Shown: in pieces, positions 28,933-39,277 of the stretch
How positions within the stretch are numbered: position 1 is the first letter of the stretch
Layout of the letters: every line of letters begins with the position of its first letter
Position numbers and translations under genes: made by a program
The notes under the pieces: model-generated
The model's input: only the letters and a program-made list of their open reading frames with translations
Databases searched by the model: none
What the model was told of the DNA's origin: nothing
Source: an uncultured delta proteobacterium
GTDB lineage: Bacteria; Myxococcota; UBA727; VGSZ01
Assembly (NCBI GenBank): GCA_963775425.1
Contig: CAVZJB010000011.1
Location: forward strand, 704,001 to 768,000
Direction of reading: 5' to 3'
Length of the DNA: 64,000 nucleotides

Positions 28933-30564
28933 TCAACCGCCTTCGACGTGGAACAGCGATTGGCGGGCCGCGAGCGCCCTGGCGCGCACGGCCTTGTCGG
29001 GGTGCTCGCGGCTGGCCCGGTCGAGCACGTCGAGCGCCTCGAAAGCCTTGAGACCTTCGAGCAGCTCGACGATGTGGAGCGCGCGGGCGCGCTCGCCCTT
29101 CATGAGCGCCTGCTCGAGCGCGCCCATGTGCACAAGCGCGCGGCGGTCGGCGATGGCGTCGATCACCTCCTTGCCGAGCGCGCCCGGCGTCGACGCGAGC
29201 CGCGCGACCGCGGCCTTGGCTTCGACGTCGTCACGGCCCAGGAGCGTGTCGAGCGCGGCCGGGTTGCGCTCGGCGCTGTCGCGCACCCGCTGTTCGAGCG
29301 CGTCGGCCGTCGGCGGCGTCGGCGGCTCCGGCGGCGCCTCGTCGACGACGGGCGGCGTCACCTCCACGGGCGGCGGCCGCGGCGGCTGCACCACGACGAC
29401 GGGCGCGGGCGGCGGCGGGGCCAACGCATCGACGAGCTGGTAGGCGACGACGGCGCCGAGCGCGGCGAAGGAGACGGCGAGCGCGAGCAGCCGGCCCGAC
29501 GACGCGCGCGGCTTGCCCGTGGCGCCGCCGTCCGGCGCTTCGCCCGCGGCGCTCGCGCGCGGGGCCTCGCCGGCCCCGCCGTGCGCATCGCTTCGAGCGC
29601 CGGCGACGTCGGCCGGGGGCGCCTGCGTCACGGCGGGCGTCGCACCCGACGCGAGGGCGTCGGCGATGTCGTCGAGGGCGCCGGCGATCTCGCGCATGTC
29701 GGCGAGGCGCTGGTCGCCGGCGGGCTCGAGCATGCGGGCGACGACGGCCGCGGTGGCGGCGCTCACCTCGGGGCGCTGGTCGCGCACGCCGGGGGCGCGC
29801 TCGCGCAGGACGCGCGCGAGGATGTCGAGGTCGGGCTCGTCGTCACGCGTGTAGAACGGCGGCCGTCCGACGAGCAGCGTGAAGAGCGTGGCCCCGAGGC
29901 CCCACGCGTCGGCGCGCGCGTCGATGGTGCCGCCGCGGGCCTGCTCCGGCGCCATGAAGTGCGGCGTGCCGACGGCGACACCCTTTTGCGTGACGAAGCC
30001 GCCGACGCCGTGCGCCTCGAGGAAGAGCGCGACGCCGAAGTCGAGCACGCGCACGCAGGCGTTGTCGTCGATGAGGAGGTTGTCGGGCTTGACGTCGCGG
30101 TGAACGACGCCGACGTCGTGGACCGCCGCGAGGCCGCGGGCGGCCTGGGCGCACAGGGAGAGCGCGGTCTCCTCGTCGATGCCCTCGCGGGCCCCGTCGA
30201 CGAGCGCGCCGAGCGGGTCGCCCTCGACGTACTCGAGCGCCATCCACGCCACGTCCTCGTCGACGCCGCTGGCGAAGACCTGGACGACGTTTTTGTGCTG
30301 CACCCGCGCCAGCGCCTGCGCCTCGCGGAGGAAGCGCGCGCGGCCCTCGTCGTCGGCGTCCTCGGGCGGCAGGATCTTGAGCGCCACCTTGCGCGCGAGC
30401 TTCTCGTCGTCGGCGAGGAACACGCGGCCCATGCCGCCGGTGCCGAGCGGCGCGACGACGCGGTAGCCGCCGATGCGCGCTCCCTGCTGGAAGCTCATCG
30501 TCGGCACCTTGCGCGCGAGGGGCTCGCGCGGCGTGGTCGCGTGGAGAGAGAGCTCGCCGCTCAT
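28933..30564 (-). CDS. Membrane Ser/Thr protein kinase with extracytoplasmic HEAT-like domain (alternative start 30498)
   Basis: GTGGMG, VALK, HRDVKPDN, DFG, GTPHFMAPE; TM helix. Confidence 0.92.
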   Translation of the reverse strand: MSGELSLHATTPREPLARKVPTMSFQQGARIGGYRVVAPLGTGGMGRVFLADDEKLARKVALKILPPEDADDEGRARFLREAQALARVQHKNVVQVFASGVDEDVAWMALEYVEGDPLGALVDGAREGIDEETALSLCAQAARGLAAVHDVGVVHRDVKPDNLLIDDNACVRVLDFGVALFLEAHGVGGFVTQKGVAVGTPHFMAPEQARGGTIDARADAWGLGATLFTLLVGRPPFYTRDDEPDLDILARVLRERAPGVRDQRPEVSAATAAVVARMLEPAGDQRLADMREIAGALDDIADALASGATPAVTQAPPADVAGARSDAHGGAGEAPRASAAGEAPDGGATGKPRASSGRLLALAVSFAALGAVVAYQLVDALAPPPPAPVVVVQPPRPPPVEVTPPVVDEAPPEPPTPPTADALEQRVRDSAERNPAALDTLLGRDDVEAKAAVARLASTPGALGKEVIDAIADRRALVHMGALEQALMKGERARALHIVELLEGLKAFEALDVLDRASREHPDKAVRARALAARQSLFHVEGG

Positions 30565-30652
30565 CGGTCACGAGCTTAGCGTCTCGCGGCGCCCGAGGCG
30601 CTGTCCTACACACGGCGCGCGCCCGCGGCGCCGCCGGCGAAGCTCACCGGCG

Positions 30653-31471
30653 TCAGCAGCCCTGCGCCGAGCAGAACCCGAACTGGTTGCAGCAAGCGAG
30701 GGCAGACTCGACGCAGCACGCCCCGCCCGCGCACGCCTGCGGGCCGCCGGAGCAGTGCTCCTGGCAGGTCTGTGTGAGCAAGCCGCAGAAGAGCCCGACG
30801 TGGCACAGGGCGTCGTCGGCGCTGCCGTCGCCGCCGGCGCACGCGTCGGAGAAGCCGCCGAGGGGGCCGTCGACGCACGCGTGGGCGCCGTTGCACACCT
30901 GCGGGTCGACGCAGTCGCCGTCGGAGCGGCAGCCGGTGCCGCAGTTGCCGGCGGCGGCGCCGAGCGCGATGGAGCAGAACTCGTCGTTGGGGCACTCGTC
31001 GTCGACGGTGCAGGGGCTCGCCGACCCCGCGAGGCAGCGGCCGTCGTCGAGGCAGGTCTCGATGTCCTGGCAGACCACGCCGCCGTTTTGGCAGTTCGGC
31101 AGCGTGCACCGCCCCGTCGACGTGTCGCACGCCGTGAGCGGCGCCTGGGTGCAGTCCGCGTTGCTCGTGCAGGTCTGCTGCTGCGGGATGCAGAACCCGC
31201 TGCCGACGTCGCAGGTGCAGGCCGACTGCTGGCAGAGCTGGTTGCCGACGCAGTCGGCGTCGGTGGTGCACCCCTGCGGGTCGCCTTCGCCTTCGCCCTC
31301 GCCCTCGCCTTCGCCTTCGCCCTCGCCTTCGCCTTCGCCCTCGCCCGCGTCTCCCTCGCCTTCGCCCTCTCCGGGCGGGTCCTCGATCACGGGCTTGTCG
31401 CACGCGCCCATGCCGACGAGGGGGAGCGCGACGGCGACGACGACCGCGAACGCGAGGGAGGCGTGGCGCAT
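30653..31471 (-). CDS. Cys-rich lipoprotein with (GE)n linker
   Basis: Lipobox MGAC; CxxDxDC repeats; ends CNQFGFCSAQGC. Confidence 0.8.
   Translation of the reverse strand: MRHASLAFAVVVAVALPLVGMGACDKPVIEDPPGEGEGEGDAGEGEGEGEGEGEGEGEGEGEGDPQGCTTDADCVGNQLCQQSACTCDVGSGFCIPQQQTCTSNADCTQAPLTACDTSTGRCTLPNCQNGGVVCQDIETCLDDGRCLAGSASPCTVDDECPNDEFCSIALGAAAGNCGTGCRSDGDCVDPQVCNGAHACVDGPLGGFSDACAGGDGSADDALCHVGLFCGLLTQTCQEHCSGGPQACAGGACCVESALACCNQFGFCSAQGC
31282..31372 (-). repeat. (Gly-Glu)n coding repeat
   Basis: tcgcc(t/c) hexamer array. Confidence 0.9.
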
Positions 31472-31472
31472 C

Positions 31473-32723
31473 TCAGCACCCCGTGTTGGAGCAGAAGCCG
31501 AAGCTGTTGCAGCGGCAGGCGCCGGACAGGACGCAGCAGTCGCTGCCGTTGCAGGAGCTGCCCGAGGTCGGGCACGTCTCACCGCACGTGTTGGTGAACA
31601 AGCCGCACACGAGGCCCGACTGGCAGTCCGCGTCCGACCCGCAGGTGGCCTGGAAGCCGCCGAGGCCGCCGCCGCCGACGCAGGTGTGGGAGCCGTCGCA
31701 CTGCTGCCCGTTGGTGCACGAGCCGTTGTCGCGGCAGCCGACGGCGCACTGGCCGTTGCCGTTCACGACGGCGCAGTACTCGCTGATCTGGCACTCGCCG
31801 TTGGTGGTGCAGGCGGCGCCGTTGCCCTGTGTGACGCAGCGCCCGTCGGCGGCGCAGGTCTGGCCGGTGGTGCAGGTGGTGCCGCCGTTGGTGCACAGCG
31901 GGGGCGCGCAGCGGCCGGCGGCGGTGTCGCAGAAGGTGTTCGGCGCCTGCGTGCAGTCGCCGGCCCCGGTGCACGCGTGCGAGCGCTCGCACTGCGAGAG
32001 CGCGGCGTTGCAGGTGAGGCCCGCCGCGGTGCAGTCCGACTCCTGCGTGCACGCGGGCGCCGCCTGGCAGACGCCGCCGCCGCAGTAGAAGCCCGAGCCG
32101 CAGGTGGTGGCCTCGTTGTCGACGCTGCACTGGACGTTCGTGGAGCAGGTGCCGGTGTCGACGATGCAGGTGCAGCCGTCGCCGCAGCCGGGGCGGCCGA
32201 TGCAGTCGGTGTCGTTGCTGCACGGCGAGGGATCGGGGTCGAAGCACTGGTGGGTGAAGCCGTTGCACTGGAACTTGTCGCACTGGGCGTCCGACGCCTT
32301 GGCGCAGTCGTCGGGGCTGTTGCAGCTCGCCGGCGGATCCTGGCAGGCGGCGCCGACGCAGACCTGGCCGATCGCGCAGTCGCACTTGGTGGCGCAGCCC
32401 TGGCTCGTGATGCAGGTGCCCGCGCTGCACACCTTGCCGTCGGCGCACGTGGAGCTGTCGCGGCAGCCGGGCTCGCAAAAGCCGGTGCCGGCGTTGCAGA
32501 AGGTGTTGGGGTCGACGCAGCCGTCGTTGGCGGCGCAGGGGCGCTTGCACACGCCGAAGCTGCACACCGGGACGTCGGTCGGGCACGCGGGGTCGGCGTC
32601 GCCGCCGCACGCGATCACCTGGGGGCCGGCGTCCGCGACGCCGGCGTCGTCGGGGCCGAGCTTCGTCCCGAAGCACGCGAGCGCGGGCAACACGAGCGGC
32701 AGACAGACAAGCAGACGCAACAT
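31473..32723 (-). CDS. Cys-rich lipoprotein, paralog of the downstream gene
   Basis: Lipobox ALAC; many CxxxxDC modules; ends CNSFGFCSNTGC. Confidence 0.8.
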   Translation of the reverse strand: MLRLLVCLPLVLPALACFGTKLGPDDAGVADAGPQVIACGGDADPACPTDVPVCSFGVCKRPCAANDGCVDPNTFCNAGTGFCEPGCRDSSTCADGKVCSAGTCITSQGCATKCDCAIGQVCVGAACQDPPASCNSPDDCAKASDAQCDKFQCNGFTHQCFDPDPSPCSNDTDCIGRPGCGDGCTCIVDTGTCSTNVQCSVDNEATTCGSGFYCGGGVCQAAPACTQESDCTAAGLTCNAALSQCERSHACTGAGDCTQAPNTFCDTAAGRCAPPLCTNGGTTCTTGQTCAADGRCVTQGNGAACTTNGECQISEYCAVVNGNGQCAVGCRDNGSCTNGQQCDGSHTCVGGGGLGGFQATCGSDADCQSGLVCGLFTNTCGETCPTSGSSCNGSDCCVLSGACRCNSFGFCSNTGC

Positions 32724-32844
32724 CAGGGTCCCCACGGAATAGGGCCGGATGTGTGCTTCTTGGAAACGGATCTGTCAAAACGGGGCGTTCGGGGGCTGTT
32801 CCCGGGCGCCCGCGTGCATATGATACCGAAGACGGAGCGAGACC

Positions 32845-33036
32845 ATGGGCAGCCTTGTGAAGCGCACGCAGCAGGTCGAGAAGAACAAGCGCTACCTCGC
32901 CGTGGGCGTGGGAGCGGCGGGCGTTGCCATCACGGCGCTTTTGACCCCCATCGTCGGTGTCCCCGTCCTCGCGGCGAGCGCCTGGCTCGGGTGGGATTGG
33001 TTCCGCTTCCGGGCCAAGAACGGGATGCGCTTCTAG
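32845..33036 (+). CDS. Small two-TM membrane protein
   Basis: GGAG RBS; hydrophobic hairpin; ends FRAKNGMRF. Confidence 0.65.
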   Translation: MGSLVKRTQQVEKNKRYLAVGVGAAGVAITALLTPIVGVPVLAASAWLGWDWFRFRAKNGMRF

Positions 33037-33058
33037 GCTCGTGTCATAATCCCGGGGC

Positions 33059-35837
33059 ATGCCGAAGCCCGGGGATTCCCTCGGTCCTTATCTGCTGGGC
33101 GGTCTGCTGGGTGCGCCCGGCGCGGACCGCTGCAGCGTCTTCCTCGCCGAGGGCCAGCACCGCAAGGTGATGCTGGCGTTCCTCGACGACGCCAATCCCG
33201 CCGCCCGCCAGCGCTTCTCCGCCGAGGCCCGCGCCCTGCAACGGGTGAAGCACGACAACCTCGTCGAGGTCGTCGACGTCGCGGACAACTGGTTCACGGT
33301 GGAGCGGCTCCGGGGGCACGCGCTGGCCGAGGTGCTGCGGCGCGACGGCAAGCCGCCGCTGTCGCAAGCGATGTACATCGCCTGGCAGGCCTCCTCGGCG
33401 CTGCGGGCGGCCCACGACGCGGGGCTGGTGCACCGGGGGCTGTCGCCGCAGTCGGTGTTCCTCGTGGACCAGCGGGGCCACCGGGGGGTGGTGAAGCTGG
33501 TCGACTTCGGGATGGCCCGCGACCCGGCGTACCTGGCGCCGGAGCAGCACGCCGGGCCCGGGGACGTCCGCGCCGACGTGTACGCGTTCGGCCTGCTGCT
33601 GTTCGAGCTCGCGACGGGGCGGCGGCCGTTTGTGGCGGCGAGCCCGCTCGCGCTGAAGCAGGCGCATGAGGCGGAGGCGCCGCCGGCGCCGTCGTCGCTG
33701 GCGGAGGTGCCGGCGACGCTGGACGCCCTGATCCTGCAGTGCCTGAGCAAGGACCCCGCGGCGCGTCCGGCGGGGATGGCGGAGGTGCAGGAGTCGCTGC
33801 GGGAGATCGCGATCCTCGTCGACACGCACCACCCGGCGCCCGCGCACGAGGACCCCACCGGCGACTTCGCCGTGCCCGGCGCCGCGGGCTGGGTCGTGGT
33901 CCCGGGGCACCAGACCCGCCCGGTGCCCTCGCCCGCGACCGCCGGGCCCGGGGCGGCGCAGGCGTCCGACTTCGACGATGCCGCGATGGTCCTCGACGTC
34001 CCCGCGCCGCCGGTGGCGCCCCCGGTGTGGCCGCCGGTCCTCGAGGCCGCCTCGCTGGCGTCGCTGCCGCCGCCTCCCTCGGCCTCCCGCTCGTGGGCCG
34101 CCGCGACCGAGCCGTCCTCCCCGGGCCGCCTGGCGCCGGGGCGCACGCCGCCCATGGGGTCGCTCCCCCCGCCCCCGCTCGGCGCGCCGCTGCCGTCCCC
34201 GTCGCCGCTGGCGTCGACCTCTGCGCCGGCGTCGTCGTCGCCCCCCGGCGCGTCGTCGTTGCCGTCGCCGTGGTCGAGCGCGTCGCCGCCGTCGCCGGGC
34301 GCGCAGCCGTCGTCGCCGGGCGCGCAGCCGTCGTCCCCGGGCGCGCCGCCGTCGAGCCCGTCGCCGTCGAGCACGTCGGCGCCGTCGTCGTCGCCGGGCG
34401 CGCAGCCGTCGTCGCCGGGCGCGCAGCCGTCGTCGCCGGGCGCGCAGCCGTCGTCCCCGGGCGCGCCGCCGTCGAGCCCGTCGTCGTCGAGCACGTCGGC
34501 GCCGTCGTCGTCGCCGTCGAGCGCGTCGGCGCCGCCGTCGTCGCCGTCGAGCGCGTCGGCGCCGCCGTCCGCGCTGCCGAGCGCGGCGTCGTTGCCGGCC
34601 GCGCCGTCGTGGCCGGCCGCGCCGTCGTCGCTGCAGCCGGCCGGCGCTGCAGGGGCGCGGTCGGCTGCGGACGCCGAAGCGCGCGGTGCAGGGGATCGCC
34701 CGGGCGCCGGTGATCCCCCCGCAGGCGCCGGCGCTCCCCCCGCAGGCGCCGGCGCTCCCCCCGCAGGCGCCGGTGCTCCCCCCGCAGGCGCCGGTGCTCC
34801 CCCCGCAGGCGCCGGTGCTCCCCCCGCAGGCGCCGGTGATCCCCCCGCAGGCGCCGGTGAGCCCCCCGCAGGCGCCGGTGAGCCCCCCGCAGGCGCCGGC
34901 GCCCCCCGCAGGCGCCGGTGCTCCCCCCGCGGCCCCCCCGGGCGCGGGTGATCCCCCCGCGGCCCCCGGTGATCCGCCCCCGGGCGCCGGTGATCCGCCC
35001 CCGGGCGCCGGTGATCCGCCCCCGGCCGCACGTGATCCGTCCGAGGGCGCCGGTGGTCCGCCCGCGGGCGCCGGTGCGCGACCCGGTGAGCACAGCGCCG
35101 GCGGCGAAGACGGTGACGACGACCTGCCGATGGTCTCCGGCGACGACGTAGAGCCGAGCGCGGACGCCGTCTCCGAAGAGCCCCCCGCGCCGGCGGAGGG
35201 CGCCTTCTTCGACGGCGGAAGCGAAGACGATGTGCCGCTCGGCCTCCCGCGCCGCAGGTGGCCTCTCGCGGTCGCGGCCGGCGCGGTCGTCGTCGTCGCG
35301 CTCGTCGCGGTCGTCCTTGTCGCCTCCGGCGGCGACGACACCGACGCCGCCGACAAGCCCCAGACCGCGCTCGTCGCCCCGGCCGTCGTCGACGCCGGCG
35401 CCGTCGCCGTCGATGCCGTCGACGCCGGAGACGCCGTCGACGCCGGAGAGGAAGGCGCCGTCGACGCCGTCGACGCCGGCGAGGAAGGCGCCGAGCAGGA
35501 CGCGGGCGCCGCCCAGGAGGACGTCGTCGACGCCGGCGTCGACATCCCCCCCGGCGAATTCGCCGTCTCCTTCACCACCGACCCGCCCGGCGCGACCGTC
35601 TTCGTCGATCACCACCCGATCGGCGTCACGCCGCTCACCAAGGCCTACCGTCCGAGCCACCGGCGTCACCGGGTGGTCTTCCTCAAGACCGGCTTCGCGC
35701 CCGTCGTGCGCCGACTGGTCGTCCACAAAGACGTCGAGGTCGAGGCAAAGCTCGCGCCGCGCAGGCACACGCGCCACCATCGAGGGAGGGCGGCGAAGGA
35801 CGGCGCTTTGGTCAACCCGTTCCACAAGAAGCGGTGA
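33059..35837 (+). CDS. Pseudokinase - Pro/Ser-rich linker - TM - PEGA protein (apparent frameshift in the repeat near 34900)
   Basis: RFSAEARAL..HDNLV, HRGLSPQS, DFG, LAPE, DVYAFG; second frame carries the TM and TDPPGATVFVD..GVTPL (PEGA). Confidence 0.75.
34280..35030 (+). repeat. Tandem 21-nt coding repeats (SSPGAQP type, then about 10 copies of ccccccgcaggcgccggYgNN)
   Basis: Directly visible; one unit near 34900 is 19 nt. Confidence 0.85.
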
Positions 35838-35841
35838 CGGG

Positions 35842-36501
35842 ATGCCCGGCCGAAGCTCCCTCGTCGCCGTCGTCCTCGTCGCCGCCCTCGCGGCGGTCTC
35901 CCCCGCGTACGCCGCGCACAACGAGCGGCGGGCCATCGCGCTGTTTCACAAGGGCGAGGCCGCGTACAACAAAGGCCGCTTCAAGGAGGCCCTCGCCGAC
36001 TTCCGCGCCGCCTACAAGGCGGACCCCGAGCCCGGCCTCCTCTTCAACATCGCGCAGTGCCTGCGCCGGCTCGGAAGGCACGCCGCCGCCGCCGCGGCCA
36101 TCGAGCGCTACCTCGACATCGACAAGGACCTCCCCAACCGCGCCGACGTCGAGGCGCTCCTCGCCGAGGAGCGCGCCGCCGCCAACCCGCCCCCGCCCCC
36201 CGCGGCAGCCCCGGCCGACGCGGCCCCGCCCGCCGCGGTCCCGACCGACGCGGCCCCCGACGCCCCGCCCGCCGAGGACCCCGCCGCCGCGCAGCCCGAC
36301 GTCACGGTGGCACCCGCCGAGGCGGCGGCGCCCGCGGAGCGCGCGCCCGCCCAGGACGAGGGCGTCTCGCCGATCGTGTGGGTCGCCGTCGGCGGCACCG
36401 CCCTCGCCGTCGCCGCCGGCGGCGCCGTCGCCGCCTTCATCGCGCTGCAGCCGGCGCCCGTTCCGCCGAGCGGCTCGCTCGGCACCATCGACTTCCGGTG
36501 A
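35842..36501 (+). CDS. Secreted TPR protein with C-terminal hydrophobic segment
   Basis: Signal peptide (AYA); [20 protein letters not shown]. Confidence 0.85.
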   Translation: MPGRSSLVAVVLVAALAAVSPAYAAHNERRAIALFHKGEAAYNKGRFKEALADFRAAYKADPEPGLLFNIAQCLRRLGRHAAAAAAIERYLDIDKDLPNRADVEALLAEERAAANPPPPPAAAPADAAPPAAVPTDAAPDAPPAEDPAAAQPDVTVAPAEAAAPAERAPAQDEGVSPIVWVAVGGTALAVAAGGAVAAFIALQPAPVPPSGSLGTIDFR

Positions 36502-36509
36502 GCAACAGC

Positions 36510-39122
36510 ATGCTTCGTCCATCGCTCCTCGCCGCCGCCGTCCTCGTCGCGTCCTGCGGCGAGCCCCAGTCGGGCCTCGACGTCAGCGTCACGCTCGACG
36601 CCGCCCTCCCCGCGGACCAGCTCCACTTCACGCTCACCACCGACGGACAGGCGGCGCTCGACGCCGTCGCCCCCGACCCCGCCGCGCCCATCGAGGGGGC
36701 GCAGAGCGTGGGCATGCTGCTGCCGCCGGCGTACGTCGACGTCGACGTGACGCTCGACGTCGCGGCGTCCCTCGGGGGCGTCGTCGTCGCCACCGGATCG
36801 AAGACGGTCAAGCCCGTGCGCGGACAGATCGTCTCCGTCGACGTCGAGCTCGCGGCGGCGTTCACGTGCGGCGACGGCGCCGTCGACTCCATCGAGGCGT
36901 GCGACGACGGCAACACCGGCGGCGGCGACGGCTGCAGCAGCACCTGCACCGTCGAGGACGGCTACGTGTGCGACGACGCCGAGCCCAGCGTCTGCGCGCG
37001 ATGCGGCGACGGCATCGTCAGCGGCCCCGAGACCTGCGACGACGGAAACCAGCTCGCCGGCGATGGCTGCAGCGACCAGTGCATCGTCGAGGACGGCTAC
37101 GCCTGCGCCGGCGCGCCGAGCAGTTGCGCGCCCGTGTGCGGCGACGGCCTCGTGCGCGGCGCCGAGGGCTGCGACGACGCCGCCACCACGGCGGGCGACG
37201 GCTGCTCCGCCGCGTGCACCGTCGAGACCGGCTGGCTCTGCGACGGCGACGAGCCCTCCGCGTGCGCGCCAATCTGCGGCGACGGCTTCGTCCACGGGCC
37301 CGAGACCTGCGACGACGGCGACGCGGTCGGCGGCGACGGTTGCTCGGGCGCGTGCACCGTCGAGGACGGCTGGCTGTGCGACGGCGCCGACCCCACCACG
37401 TGCACGCCCGTGTGCGGCGACGGCCTCGTGCGCGGCGCGGAGGCCTGTGACGACGGCGCGGCCGTCGAGGGCGACGGCTGCTCGAGCGCGTGCACGGTCG
37501 AGGACGGCTGGAGCTGCGACGGCCTCGAGCCCACGACGTGCGCGCCCGTGTGCGGCGACGGCCTCCTGCGCGACGGTGAGGAGTGCGACGACGCGGGCGG
37601 CGCCGGCGGCGGGGTCAACGACGACGGCTGCTCCACCGCGTGCACCGTCGAGGCCGGCTGGACCTGTGACGGCCTGGAGCCCACGACGTGCGCGCCCACG
37701 TGCGGCGACGGCCTCTTGCGCGGCGGCGAGGAGTGCGACGACGCGGGCGGCGCCGGCGGCGGCGTCAACGACGACGGCTGCTCCACCGTCTGCACGGTGG
37801 AGACGGGCTGGGATTGCGACGGCGCCGAGCCCACGACGTGCACGTCCATCTGCGGAGACGGCCTCCTGCGCGACGGCGAGGAGTGCGACGACGGCGGCGG
37901 CGCCGGCCGCGTCGGCGGCGACGGCTGCTCGACGGCGTGCACCGTCGAAGACGGCTTCGACTGCACCGGCGAGCCGTCGGTGTGCGTCACGGTCTGCGGC
38001 GACGCCATCCTCGCGGGCGCCGAGGCGTGCGACGACGGCACCGCCAACAGCGACACCACTCCGGACGCGTGCCGCAGCGACTGCACGCTGCCCGTGTGCG
38101 GCGACACGGTGACGGACCCCGGCTTCGGGGAGACCTGCGACGACGACAACACCGTCGACACCGACGGCTGCATCACCGGCTGCCGCCTGGCCGGCTGCGG
38201 CGACGGCTTCGTGCAGGGCGCCGAGGCGTGCGACGACGGCAACAACACCGACGGCGACGGCTGCGCCGGCGACTGCAGCGTGGAGGCGGGCTCCCTCTGT
38301 CACGGCCAGCCGAGCCTGTGTTTCCCGACGGCCAACGTGATCACCGCCGGCCCCACGGGGCGCGACTTCACCACCATCAGCGCGGCCGTGGGCGCGGCGG
38401 CGAACGGCGACGCCGTCTTCGCCGACGGCGTCAGCTTCGACGGCGACGAGGTCAGCACCAACAAGACCGTCACCGTCGTCGGCGTGGCCGGGTCCGTGCT
38501 CGCGGGCACCGCGAACAACGCGCCGGCGCTGCGGGTGACGAGCGGCGGCAACGTCACGGTCCAGGGCGTGGTCATCCGCACCACGGGCAACCGCGAGCCC
38601 GCGGTGGAGGTGCAGGGCGGCGCCACGGCCACGCTCGTCGGCTGCACCCTCGGGCCGAGCGACGCGTTCGGCGTGACCGGGGCGGCGACGTCGACGGTGG
38701 TCCTCGAGCGCTGCCGGGTGAGCGGCAACCCCGACGGCGGCGTGTCGCTCGCCGGGAGCTACACCGTCGAAAACAGCGTCATCCGCGGCAACGGCGGCCC
38801 CGGGGCCGTGCTGCAGGCCGCGCACACGTTCCGCTTCAACACGGTGACCAACAACGCGCCGGGCGTGAGCTGCGGCGCCTCGACGAACATCACGTCGTCC
38901 ATCCTGTTCAACAACACCGGCGCAGACGCCAACGCCGCGTGCGTCACCGCCACCAGCGACGTCGGCACCGACCCGCTCTTCGAGGCCGACGGCTTCCACC
39001 TGCAAAAGAGCTCACCGTTCCTCGACAGCGCGCCGCTCGCCGGCTGCCCCGCGTTCGACATCGACGCCGAGCTGCGCCCCATGGGCCCCGGCTGCGCCCT
39101 CGGCGCCGACGAGCGCCCCTGA
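36510..39122 (+). CDS. Lipoprotein with about 11 myxobacterial Cys-rich (DUF4215-like) repeats and a C-terminal beta-helix
   Basis: Lipobox VASC; CGDG..E.CDDG..GDGCS..C repeats; beta-helix; FHL..SP..D..DID..R..GADE tail. Confidence 0.85.
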   Translation: MLRPSLLAAAVLVASCGEPQSGLDVSVTLDAALPADQLHFTLTTDGQAALDAVAPDPAAPIEGAQSVGMLLPPAYVDVDVTLDVAASLGGVVVATGSKTVKPVRGQIVSVDVELAAAFTCGDGAVDSIEACDDGNTGGGDGCSSTCTVEDGYVCDDAEPSVCARCGDGIVSGPETCDDGNQLAGDGCSDQCIVEDGYACAGAPSSCAPVCGDGLVRGAEGCDDAATTAGDGCSAACTVETGWLCDGDEPSACAPICGDGFVHGPETCDDGDAVGGDGCSGACTVEDGWLCDGADPTTCTPVCGDGLVRGAEACDDGAAVEGDGCSSACTVEDGWSCDGLEPTTCAPVCGDGLLRDGEECDDAGGAGGGVNDDGCSTACTVEAGWTCDGLEPTTCAPTCGDGLLRGGEECDDAGGAGGGVNDDGCSTVCTVETGWDCDGAEPTTCTSICGDGLLRDGEECDDGGGAGRVGGDGCSTACTVEDGFDCTGEPSVCVTVCGDAILAGAEACDDGTANSDTTPDACRSDCTLPVCGDTVTDPGFGETCDDDNTVDTDGCITGCRLAGCGDGFVQGAEACDDGNNTDGDGCAGDCSVEAGSLCHGQPSLCFPTANVITAGPTGRDFTTISAAVGAAANGDAVFADGVSFDGDEVSTNKTVTVVGVAGSVLAGTANNAPALRVTSGGNVTVQGVVIRTTGNREPAVEVQGGATATLVGCTLGPSDAFGVTGAATSTVVLERCRVSGNPDGGVSLAGSYTVENSVIRGNGGPGAVLQAAHTFRFNTVTNNAPGVSCGASTNITSSILFNNTGADANAACVTATSDVGTDPLFEADGFHLQKSSPFLDSAPLAGCPAFDIDAELRPMGPGCALGADERP

Positions 39123-39207
39123 CTCGCGCCGCGCCGCAATCCACGCCGCGACCCGGGCGGCGTGGCGCGCGCCCCGGCCGCCCGCGTTGTCGTCGGGCCC
39201 GGCGATC

Positions 39208-39277
39208 CGGGAGCGTTGAATAGTCCTTGGGGGGACGGCGTTTCCTTCGACCGATGAAGGTGCGCCCATCAACTCCG
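39208..39277 (+). promoter_or_regulatory. Candidate structured leader (3-way junction) upstream of the MFS gene
   Basis: gttga/tcaac, gtcct/gggac, ggcg..ccttc/gaagg..cgcc stems. Confidence 0.25.

Noticed and set aside
34700-34930. CRISPR-like array
   Set aside because: Head-to-tail 21-nt repeats with no unique spacers, inside a CDS, with no cas genes
33044-35578. Minus-strand ORF with GACGG repeats resembling a RiPP precursor
   Set aside because: Antisense reading of the kinase/PEGA linker repeat; no maturase nearby
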